Assembly (NCBI GenBank): GCA_965153455.1
Contig: OZ234494.1
Span: 9,920,001-9,984,000, forward strand
Source of the DNA: Sphagnum compactum
Taxonomy: Eukaryota
Direction of reading: 5' to 3'
Length of the DNA stretch: 64,000 bases
The notes beneath the pieces were generated by a model that saw only the letters and a program-made list of their open reading frames with translations, did no database searches and had not been told where the DNA came from. Positions 37,905 through 49,473 of this stretch are shown in pieces. A program made the position numbers and the translations under genes. How positions within the stretch are numbered: position 1 is the stretch's first letter; the number at the start of each line of letters is the position of its first letter.

Positions 37905-40900
37905 ACCCGTGAAATAGCAACATACAGCTGACCATGGGAATAGACCGGAGACGGCAAATATACCCCAACGTTGTTGAATGTCTAACCTTGACTCTTGTTG
38001 ATTGTGATCGCAAACGCCACTCGAACTGGAAATTGACGATGACGCAAAACAAATGGCCAATCAGTCCCAGAGGGGGACATGATGATGCGGGGCATGAACA
38101 CACATTTGCCGACATTGTTTCCTGTAATGATCTCCGCTTCAATGACACGCTGACCCAATCTTTTGACAATCAACCTTGTACCATTGCAGAATCCTATTGT
38201 TTGATTGAGATTGTGCAACAAAAGGATTGGCACACCCACTTTGAGTTGCAGCTCATGATTTGCGATATTGCTGAATCGCAAAGTGTTTAGAAATTCCACC
38301 GGATACAATGAATCCATTGAAACTCCTGCAGTAACACTTGCACCTTCTTTTATTGGAGCCAAAGAATTTGCGCTCAGGTACGTGTGCGATTCTTCAGATA
38401 GCGATTCTAAAATTGCATTGTTGACTTCATCAACGTTAGTATTTTTGGGGGCTAGAATATTGCGTTGCATAAGATACATGGCATCCCTAGAGTGGCATCG
38501 GTGATCCGGATAGATGGTTCCGATTAATCCTCTTCAGCTGCAATCTTCTGCTGGCAGCCTCATATGGGATGGAATCTTGATCCAATTTGGATCGACACCT
38601 TCTTCTTCTGCAATGGCAGGAAGATTACCGTCTCCAACATTCAACACCCATTTGGCAAACTCTCGCTGCTCTTCAGAATTGGTTGCCATGACTCGCATGT
38701 TGATATGAAGACGAAGAATTGTAACATGTTGCCAAAGATGCGATCGAGGCAAGGAAGCACTGACAATGTCTTCTCGTCCCGCCTTGGGAACGACAGGCAA
38801 GATCTGCCGAAAAACGCCACCAAGGACCACAGTTTTCCCACCAAAGATTTTCCCGGTTGCTTGTGCGTCATCCAATTGCATCAAATCACGCAGGGTGCAA
38901 TCAACAGCTTCGAAAGCTCGGCGATGCATCATCGGTGCCTCATCCCAAATGATCAGATCAGCTTTACGCACCAACTCGGCCACTTTCATCTGTTGTATGA
39001 TGTTGCAAGTTGACTCATCGTGCAGATCAATCGGAATCTTGAATCTTGAATGGGCGATTCTGCCGCCCGGAAGCAACAAAGACGTAATTCCTGATGAGGC
39101 AACTGCAAGCACGATTTTGCCTTGCCCTCGTAGATGGGACAGAAGTGTTGTCCAAACAAATGTTTTGCTGGTTCCACCACTGCCATACACAAAGAACAGT
39201 TTGCCCTCTTTGTTTGTCACGGCATTCAAAATAGTTTCGTATGCGTTGCGCTGATCATCATTGAGCCTATCTTCTGCATTGTCTGCATCTGTGGTCAATG
39301 AATGCCGATCATAAGCCAACTCTTCTTCGACCAATCGGTTTCCTCCATGAACAAAAGGGATGTAATTAGACTTGGGAAGCGTTGGAAAATCTTCTAGGCG
39401 GTGTCCATTGCGCATGAGAACCTGATCGATCTCATATAATGCACGATCCTTTAGCGCATCCTCAAGAAGGGTAACAGTTGGATCAGCACGCTCGCAGCAT
39501 GTCATTGCTTCAATGTCATCGCTCAAAAACTCCCAATGTGCATCCCATAGCTGTTTGGGATTCGTGACCTCACAAAACATCAACATGGAGGCAAACATGT
39601 CACGCAGCTGTCGTCCTGAGGCCCAAACACCAGCTTCTTCCAAGGCTTGATCCCATTCATTGTCGTCTGCAAGCAAACCCATCGCAATGCATGCATCTTT
39701 GAATGTGTCGTGCACTCTTCCATCCACTGTCCGCAAATGTTCGTAGGATGTGGCACCTTTGACGCAGTTTAGCAGCATTCGCAAATAGTAACGTTCACCC
39801 GATGTCGGGTGTGCATAATACATGCGACCAATGGCAAAGCCTTTCTTGCGCAGTGTCCATCGCTTCAACTTCCGATTCCACACCCATTGCTGAGGGAATT
39901 AATCGAATGTAAGGCTTCGTGCAACTTTCGATTCTTGGTTTGTTTTGAACCATTCTGTGAGCATCGTTCTAGAAATGGCTGATCGTGTTGCCACTTCTTG
40001 CACATCATCGTCATCGTCAAACAGCACCATTTGCTGATTGGGCAAATGGTATTGCAGACGCTCAACGGTAGGAAACTGCTCATGCATATCAAACTTGAAG
40101 ATGCGCCACGTTGCTTCTGATGCAGATACATAGCGACAGTCGAGATATTTTTTAATTTCATCAGTTTCCACCACATTCCCTTCGGTGGCGTTGTCACTCT
40201 GGCGTGAGATCTCAACAGTTGCACGATCATGTCCTTTATATACGTACTTGAATAGATATTTGACTGCACGAATATTGTTGCAGACCTCAACGTTGATGTG
40301 CGCATCGTATTTGGTCGATAAATAGACATTGTGCGGTACCATCCAACGATTGTCCAATTCAATGCCATGAACCACAACTGTGTGCCCTGTATCTCTACGC
40401 CGATAAATAGGGTATCCGATTACATCCGTCACCGTCTCGGATTTGAACTTGCGTGGATATTATTTTTTGCATTTGCCTTCTTCTATGCACGGGGCATTTC
40501 GAAATGCAGCTCCACATGGACCATGCATCATGCATCTGGCAACCGTCTCATGCGCCAACTTGTTTATTTTTGAATTCGGAAGTTCAGCACTGATCATGCG
40601 GTCTACATCCTCCATCGTGTGTGGCTTGTAGTCTTCGGTAAAGAAGATGAGAATGTGTGCATGCGACAGCCCACGGTTTTGAAATTCAACAACATAGATT
40701 CCCGCAATCGTGCGTCCCAGAATATGGTTCTTGTGAATGTCATTGATCAACTCCTTCAGCTTGATTTTGAACACTCGGGTTACCAAATTGGGTCGATCCT
40801 GAGGTTGCTGTCCAAGTAACAACGTTCTCTTGATTTCAAGCCATTGGGGATTGCAAGTGAATGTAACAAACACATCCGGGCAGCCGGCCCATCTGCAGAT

Positions 40901-42193
40901 TGCCATGGCATCTTGATAATTCTGAACCATGTGACGTGGACCTACTGTGAAAGAAGATGGCAGAATGATCCTCTGTCCAATGGCAGCAGCACTACTGTCA
41001 CTTGCAGCGATGGCGTCTTGAAGGCTTTGATAAACATCCACGCAAAGTTTTTTTTGATTCAGGCGCAGATACTTCAAGCGTTTTTTTCGATAGCCGCATA
41101 AGCATCCACAATGCATCCGCATTCGGTCACCCCGAAGCAACGCAATGCCATCAGTGTCTCGATGTTGAAGTCGATAACCATAAAATTCCGCCATTGTCAC
41201 ATTGCAATGTTTTCTTTGAAGCTCAGATTCTCCCGCATGGTCTTCATCCAAATCTACATCAGTAACAACACCATTGAGCGGAATATTCGGATGCCATCCA
41301 TCCTCACCGTAAGGAAACAACAACGAATAATGTAGAGCCATGTATCCCACATGTAGTTCGGAAATGCGCTGAAACGGGCCAACTTGTTGAGCAAGGACGA
41401 CGTCACATCTATCTACAACCTTAGAACCATCTCCTACCATCAATGTAGCGACTTCATCGGCCATCGGCACATTGTATCGACGGGCATCCTTTGTTCGAGA
41501 CGCAATGAGACGCAATTTCAGCTCCATGGGAGCACCTTCTGTTGCCATCATATCCCTTGCCATTTTGAACACTTCGACATAGGGATTGATATTGTACATC
41601 ATGGTCAACAACCGATCCAAAGTCGTTGGATCAAGCGAGGGCATAACGGCATGGCGGTTTTGACGTTCGCGTTTCGTATCATGAATGTACAGTTGTGCAA
41701 ATTGTGGCTGTTGTCCTTCGGCAAGACATAGGGATCCGATTTTGTGATAAAGTTCACCTTGAATGCGAAAGGAGTATGGTCCAGGGCCTCCTGTTACCGA
41801 CTCATCAACTTTGGCACCGAGCGAAGTGAATGTCAACACCGAATTGTACATGCGAATCTAATCTCGAAATTTGACAGCACTGCTCTCTTTGCTGGTTAAA
41901 AGAACTTCCAGCTCTTGCGGTGTTGCAGGAAGATTCGGCAACAGAACTTTGCCATTCTCGCAACATAGAGAAAATTGTGGGTTGTTCTTCCTCGACTTTG
42001 CCGATCGTTCTTTGATCCACATTTTTGCGCTGCAGAATCCACATATTGTGTCCATTTCTCCACAATCCCATCGTCCCGGGGCTGATGCATCTTCGTCTCC
42101 AAACAATTGTAATGCGTCATTGCGAAGAGAAGGTTGTTCACGTTGCTTAGCATGACGTTCTCTCTGCAGGCAATTGTGACGTTCACGTGCAGA
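37905..42193 (-). pseudogene. Helitron Rep (HUH Y2)-PIF1 helicase, near full length but inactivated and truncated after helicase motif VI
   Basis: HUH motifs VFVTFTCNP, VEFQNRGLSHAH and KYLFKYVYKG. Helicase motifs YGSGGTSKT, IIWDEAPM, LGGVFRQILPV, TINKSQG* and HGQLYVAISRV. Stops at 41858, 40460, 39899, 38534 and 37982, plus a garbled segment near 41100. Confidence 0.95.
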
Positions 42194-42981
42194 GTCAAGT
42201 CGAAGGGTGGGACACGTGGCCGCGTGTCCGTAGCTACTGTCCGTCCGGAGTCAGGGGAAGGAACTTTCTTCCTTTACAATATATAATAATGTGTATCCAA
42301 AAAAATGGCCTCTTTAACAATTGCTTTTAGAGTTGCGCTCAGAATCCACTTTTTTAGAATAATTATAAATCATGTAGGTGGAGCTTTGTTTGAGGGGTTC
42401 AACTTCATATTTTTGTTGTAGAACTTTTCATTGAACTCTAAATCCAAATTGAGAAGAACATATGATTGAACTTGTGTTTGACCTTCTTTTCATGCTAGTA
42501 TTCATCAAAGTATGGTTTCTAGTTGTTGGCTGTTGGTTTCGGAGATTCAAAATGAATCATAATTTCATTTTGAATCATGGCCATCCTTTTCAAGAGTTTT
42601 GTGAACTCATACAAGACTTGAGGTCGGGTCTCCTTCCCCCTTGGCAAAATGATCATGTATTGTCATTATTTTAATAATGAGTCTTCTTGCTAGCTTCTTG
42701 AACCACTTCTCCTTCAGGTTGGTGAGGCAACGAAATGCTGATTTTTTTATCAACTTGGGAGGATGAGCTAGTGTCCCTCCCCAGGCAATTTGCCCATACT
42801 GAATTAAAAACTACAAACTTCATTTCCATTTAACACACAAAAAATATTTGTCATATATTATTACATATCCTCATATTAACAAATAAATAGAGTTCTAGGG
42901 TTCTAGCACATTACTTGTTTGTTTAATATTTGTTTAGTATTTTCCATTATTTTTTCATACATACACAATACAATACATACA

Positions 42982-43650
42982 CAGAGTTGTGAGTTCAAAT
43001 CTATACTCATATCTGGATCCTTTCGCAGCTCACTCACAACTCAGGAAGAAGGTTCATACAGAGTGCAAAAGAAAAACCTGCCTTCAAATATCACCCCAGG
43101 TCCTTGATGATTATATCAATTGAATAGTAACATCAGCAGCAGCAGCAGGGCGGCGGGACCCCCAACCCCCTTCTCCCCGCTTTGCTTCACTTCAGAATGC
43201 AGCGCAGCCGTGTGGATGCGAGAGCGTGGAATCCGTCCGTCAAGGAGGGATGGGAGGAGGCGGCCTGAAATTTTTTTAAAAAAATTCTTGGCTGGCAGAC
43301 AACAGGCAGGCAGATCATTGGGCTCCTTGATTCTCATCCGCACTGCAACATGGCAGATCGATCGCATCACATCGCATAATCACTTCGTTGGAGATTAGAA
43401 AGCCTAAGATCAACTGCTAATGAGATGTGATGCGCGGGAGCTCGCGAGGGCAGTTGAGAGGCCATCCCACACCTGCGTGCACGCAGACACATGTCCCGCC
43501 CTTCGACTTGACTCCGGACGGACAGTAGCTACGGACACGTGGCCACGTGTCCCACCCTTCGACTTGACGTCCTCGCTAATAGTAGCTATGTCCGTAGCTA
43601 CTGTCCGTCCGGAGTCGGGGGAAGGAACTTTCTTCCTTTACAATATATAA
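42982..43650. mobile_element. Non-autonomous Helitron derivative: inverted copy of the 34275-34822 end fused to a second copy of the 42286 terminus
   Basis: 42982-43583 is the reverse complement of 34275-34822 plus a ~55-bp internal insertion. 43590-43650 is nearly identical to 42226-42286. A perfect 20-bp palindrome GGACACGTGGCCACGTGTCC lies at 43533-43552. Confidence 0.8.
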
Positions 43651-45087
43651 TATGCAGTTGAGGCTTACCTAGAGGCTAAACTTTGTGGCTAAACTCTCAC
43701 CTAAATTGGGATTGAACTAAAAACCCTAAAAGATTAAGTGCCCCCCCCCCCCCTCCAAAAAAAGAAGAAGAAGAAGGAGAGACAGTTAGAAAGTGACGAC
43801 CTAATTCAAAAGAGAGGAGTTATTACGTAGCCCTAAAATGGCACATAAGTCACACTTTTAGTTGCCAAACTAGGCTACTACTCTTGTTGCTGGCTGTCTG
43901 TCTGTCAACTTTGTCTTTTTATTTGCCTTCACCGATGCGGTGCCAGGTGCATCTCAAATGAATTTCGTAACGTCCTGCTGGGATTGAAGCGACTAGTTCT
44001 TGGATCGCACTGATTTGTGCACTCTGAGCTGAATTCGTAATTTATTTATTTTTTGGTTTTTATGATCTGTGTCGCATGATCGTAATTCATCGTCTCGTGG
44101 AAATTACCCCACCCCTATCGACAAAGAAAGTGAAGAAAAAGGCAGTCGGTGTGAAGTTGATCGCATTATTGTGGAGGCGATGGTGATGGGAACTTCTCGA
44201 ATTTTCGTTCGTCCTCGTGCATAATTTGGGCGGTTTCTAGGTTATTTTTGTTTGGAGAAAGTACCAGTGTTGTAACTGTCGGAGGAGGAGGAGGAGGATG
44301 ATATGATTCTTGGTCTGCTTGTTTGTTGTCCGTTTTGCAGAACTCACGTTTTGTAAAGGTTTCTCTGCTGGATTCGCAACCAGAGAATGAGCAGAAACTG
44401 TGACTCGTGAGCAAACACGTTGCGAGCACAAAACAAAACATATTTGCAAGTGAAAGTGCCAGTTCGACCGACGCAGTAGTATATTCTGTGATCATCGGTG
44501 ACGACGGATTTTCTCTTTTTTTTGTTCGGGACGACGTTGCAGGAGACGGTGTGTGAGGCGGCCGCGGATTCGGATCGATTTGACAGTACACTTGCTGCAT
44601 GCAAGTTTTTTCGACGGTGCTCAAAATGCTCGAGATGCAGCAGCGAAGACAATTGTCGAACTCAGTTTTGTAATTTTCGGTCGAACATCGTGCTTCAAGG
44701 GATTACGAGATCTACAGCCGTGGCCCGTAACGTCGCGAGGCCGCATACCTACGTTGTCTGCATCTCCTGTTGTCTGCATGTCGTGGATCTGTAAACGTTT
44801 CTTGAGAATTCGACCCCGGAAGAGTTGCTTGTTTCGAGAACTCCACAACACCGGCGATAGGTGAAATATGAAATGTGTAGATTGAACTTGTTATCGAAAC
44901 TTACGCACCGGATCCCCTTCAAGTTACGACGGCGCGGAGGACATATAGATCTGCATCTCTTGGTCAATTTTGGCACAATCTTCCTTCTGAACAAAGTATA
45001 TGCATCGGCCCCTGTTACAATTGAAGTGGTGATCGGTTGCGTGCATTGCAGCACAGTAATACCATGTTTGACAGAAGCATTGCGTTA

Positions 45088-48000
45088 ATGTCCAACATCA
45101 TGGCACCAAACCAGAACGGAGAGACAACAAACAGCAACAATATCCTGCAGTGCAAAAGATCAGTTCCAGGCAGGAAGAATCTCAGTGCAGCAGCATCAGG
45201 CAATGGATGCATCGACTTATGTAAACAAGAATTGGAATCCATTTGTGTGGAGCAACAGCAGTCGATCAAGAGATCAACCTCCTGTGTCGATGCAGATCTG
45301 AAGCTACACTCCTCCAGCGAATCGGCCTTACTGCACTCGCGCCCGTGGCGTATTACTCTACAGGTGATGCACCTGCAGAGGACTTCGCAAAATGCTGTGC
45401 TGCTTCAGCGGTTTCTGTTATAGCATGTTGTGTGTTCTGTCGTCTCTCATATCTCGCGGAGACGTCCTTGCAGCAGCAGGATATACAGATCTAGTACTAG
45501 ACTTTCTGTGTCACACAAGTGTTTTTTTGCTTCTGAGAGTGTTCATGGCCTGACTTTGTCCAGTTTATTGATCTGGAGTACAAAGTTCCGCTGAAGGATC
45601 AGCAGTCAGAGTCATGGTGGAATTTCACAAACCCGCTGGTGCATCGCAAATCCTGCATGACTCGGGGAAAGGACAGGTACAAGACTATCCTCAACGGGGT
45701 ATCAGGAGTCGTCAGTCCTGGTGAAATGCTAGCGATGCTGGGGCCTTCAGGCAGTGGCAAAACAACATTGCTGAACATTCTCAAGGGCGGGAAGCAGCTC
45801 AAAGCGAAGAAGCAGCTCCAAGGCAAGATCCTGTACAACAATAAACCCCACAGCAAGGCTATAAAAAGAATCACGGCATTCGTAGCACAGGACGATGTCT
45901 TGTTCCCTCACTTGACAGTCAAGGAGACGCTGTTTTATGCAGCTCTGCTTAGACTACCACGAAGCTATTCACAAGAACAGAAGGTACTGGGACTCATGAG
46001 CTGCCTGTACGTTGTAGTAACAAAACCCAGTATTGTTAGCACGTCACAATTCCTGTAGTAAAGAATTGTGTTCTTTACAATGCAGATCAGGAACACTGGA
46101 TTTACACAGCTCATTGATGATTGGGTTCAAATTCTTTAACGAATACAGAAAATGTGTCACAACATTACCCTTTTCTACATTTCTTTATTAGTCCTTTTTC
46201 ACCATACACATGAACACAAAGTGAACATTGATCTTCACTAGTCCTATTTCACTGTACACATGGACACAAAGTGGATGATATTGATGGTATTGTGCAGGAA
46301 AGGCGTGTAGAAGCCATCATTGCAGAGCTTGGACTCGAGAAATGCCAGCATACAATGATTGGGAATACCTTCTTGCGTGGAGTATCTGGTGGAGAACGGA
46401 AAAGAGTGAGCATTGGCCATGAAATGCTAGTGGACCCCAGTCTTCTTTTACTTGATGAGCCCACTTCAGGTCTTGATTCAACAACAGCATCAAGGATCAT
46501 TGTTACCTTGCAGGAGTTGGCGAGAGGGGGTAGAACCATAATCACAACAATTCATCAGCCCTCCAGTAGAATTTTCCAGATGTTTGACAAGCTCATTCTT
46601 CTTTCTGGAGGTCAGCTCTTATACTATGGTCGAGCAAATGCAGCCATGGTTTACTTCACCTCACTTGGGTTTGCTCCTTCCTTTGCAACAAATCCGGCTG
46701 ACTTTCTGTTGGATCTTGCAAATGGTTAGTTTCCTTTGCTACCCATGTCCCTTGATTGCTTATGGGAATACATTATATAGATACATAATGCGCACTGGGT
46801 GAAGATGGCCAGTACTTGGATCAGAGTTTGCATGTGGGGATCATGTTCAGTTTGCTTCAGGAATTCCTCTTGAGTTTGGTTTCTTTCCAGATCATTGTCT
46901 GCCATCCTAATATTGAACTTGTTTTGTGATCAAACTTAGGGGTGGCACCTGACTTGACGCCAGTGACTGAAGAGAGTTCAGCTCAAGAAGTTGAAGGAGA
47001 AGAGGGGAGGACAAAGCAAACTCAAACCCAACAGCCCTTGCGGGAGACACTTATTGAGGCTTATAAGGCGATTCTGGCCCAGAAGACCAGTTCAGAGCAA
47101 GCTGTTTTAACAGAAGGGGAAACACAAGGTTTGTAACTTTTTCCCAGCTTAATTTCGTGAGGGTAGTTGCACATGTATGCTATGTTCCAACTTCCCAGTA
47201 TTGTGTTCTGCTTCTGACAATGTTATATATAGTCCATGCCGCTTGACATTGAAGCTTTGGGTCTAGATCAGCAGTTTCTTGAAACTTATTGTAAAGATCA
47301 ACCTCACCCTACTGATAGTACTTTTCCCTCCTTTGTTTACAACAGCATTATTGGATAAGAGGAAGTGGCCAACTACATGGCAAGAGCAATTTCGGGTACT
47401 GGCGGTGCGAGGGCTCAAGGAGCGCAGGCATGAAGCCTTTGCAGGTCTAAGGGTAGGTCAGGTGCTTGCCATCTCCATCATCTGTGGTCTGCTGTGGTGG
47501 CAAACTTCTACAGATCGAATCCAGGACCAGGTGGGTCTACTTTTCTGTGATATCATCAAAAATTTGTTCAGCGAATTGTTCATTTGAGCCAAGTCAGGAG
47601 ATAGGGTGGACAGTGGTCAGTACTAAAGAAAAATCAGTCCCTTCATGTTTTTTCTTAACTTTTCTGACACTCCTGTTGAACTCAGAATATGGGGTCTTAA
47701 CTAGTCTTTGAAGAATTATGACATATACCCATCACCCAGACACTTTGATGAACTTATATGCATACCTATCATACTTCAAGTTAGGCATCACCATATGATA
47801 TCATTCTACCATCTCACTTCGTATTTGGGGAAAGTATTTCATGCACGCTGTGAGTGACCTGACTCCTGGCTGTTGTATAATGAATGCACAGGTGGGCTTG
47901 CTATTCTTTATTTCAACATTTTGGGGATTTTTCCCTCTCTTTTCAGCCATCTTCACATTTCCTCAGGAACGAGCCATGTTGTTGAAGGAAAGGGGTTCAG

Positions 48001-49241
48001 GCATGTATCGCCTCAGTGCCTACTTCTTTGCCCGCATGGTGGGAGATTTGCCTTTGGAGCTTGCATTGCCAACAACATTTGTCACTATTGTGTACTGGAT
48101 GGGAGGTCTAAAGCCCACTCCAGTTGGCTTCTTCCTCACACTTGCAGTGGTTCTCTACAATGTGCTTGTATCTCAGGTGATGCTAGCCAACTATAAAAAA
48201 TTTCCTTTGTTCACAACTTTTAGTATTGTGAAAGCTCTTTTTCTGATCTAATGACATTCCATTTGCAACAGCAGGTTGATTGGATCTTGAAACACTATGA
48301 ATTTGTAAGATCCAATCTTAAAAAGATCTTAATGAACAGTTTGGAAAGGAGAATTCGAATCAGACTTTCAGATTTGATAAGCAATCAGAAGTCAGTCCTG
48401 TTACCTTTTGTTAGCTTCCTGTTCCAGCTCAGAGGTTCTACTGATTGAAATCTAGAGGCTTAATGATGATAGGGTTCAGGTGGCTAACAGACTGCCTGCT
48501 GTATGGATTCAAACAAGTTAACAATTGTCACAGTACCACCAATTAGCCTCCATTCATAAGTCCAGTTTTAGCTGTCAAGTTAGTTGTCCAGGACAACTTT
48601 GTTATGGGGTGATGCTCAGAGGAATGGTACTGAACAACTGGATCCTGGATGTCTGGTGCCACCAGGTTGTCCTCCTGACCATACAATGAGAGCCTTTTTA
48701 TGGAGTGTGAGACTGTCAGAGTATAACTTATTTCTCTATCTTGTTCAACAATAGAAATATCTTCAGATGAAATGAATTCAGGGATTCTCTGCATGTAGAG
48801 TGCATGTGTCTCTGAGAGGTGACAATACCATTCACCCATTTCTAAACCCCTAAAGTGTCCTTGTTTTTCCAGGGACTTGGCCTAGCATTGGGGGCAGCTT
48901 TGATGGACGTCAAGCAGGCAACCACAATGGCATCAGTCATCATGCTCACATTCTTGCTTGCCAGTGGCTACTATGTTCAGGTGACACCTGCATGGATTGG
49001 CTGGTTGAAGTATGTATCTTTCAGCTACTATTGCTTTAAGCTCCAACTTGCATCCCAGTACAGCCAGAACCAAACATACCCATGTCCTACAGGCCGATGC
49101 CTGGTTAAGGATTATCCAGCAATACATGTTGTGGGTCTGGATCACATAGGTCTTGCAGCCATGGCTATGGCCATCATGCTCATTGCATACAGATTCCTTA
49201 CATACATAGCACTCATGCGTATAAAAGGATATGAGAATTGA
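45088..49241 (+). CDS. ABCG (White-Brown) half-size ABC transporter, ABCG9/14/21/25-like; 7 exons (~45088-45363, 45564-45983, 46298-46724, 46940-47128, 47346-47530, 47892-48176, 48873-49241)
   Basis: Walker [10 protein letters not shown], signature VSGGERKR, Walker [26 protein letters not shown], and C-terminal ABC2 TM domain. All junctions are GT-AG and in frame. The start codon is uncertain (in-frame ATGs at 45064, 45088, 45100). Confidence 0.93.
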
Positions 49242-49449
49242 TGAAGTGAAGATTGCATGGATTTACTGACAACGAAAAACTCTGCAATCAGGCACCCTTT
49301 AAACCAATTGGAAATTCTTGGATTTTCTCCCCTTCAGAGATCCATGCCTACATTGGCACGGAAACACATATGTCACTCTCTAGCCAAATGGATTGGATCT
49401 TCTCCCATTCACGGATCCATGATATCTGCCTCAGGTCCCATCTCCAAAT

Positions 49450-49473
49450 TGTGTGTGTGTGTGTGTGTGTGTG
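49450..49473 (+). repeat. (TG)12 microsatellite
   Basis: Perfect TG run downstream of the ABCG stop. Confidence 0.95.

Larger units (their letters stand above)
34276..42286 (-). mobile_element. Composite rearranged Helitron (~8 kb) carrying a Rep/Helicase pseudogene, an inverted duplication and captured sequence
   Basis: GC- and CpG-rich island in AT-rich flanks, with RepHel motifs. Candidate termini A|TTATATATTGTAAAGG (42286) and ...GGACACGTGTCC...CTAATAG|T (34276) reconstruct an A|T target with no TSD. Both termini recur at 43.0-43.65 kb. Confidence 0.75.

Noticed and set aside
38564-41731. Many + strand ORFs within the Helitron
   Set aside because: Antisense shadows of the RepHel coding sequence.
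44166-45054. Cluster of overlapping ORFs upstream of ABCG
   Set aside because: GC-rich promoter/5' UTR sequence that is open in several frames, with no recognisable protein.
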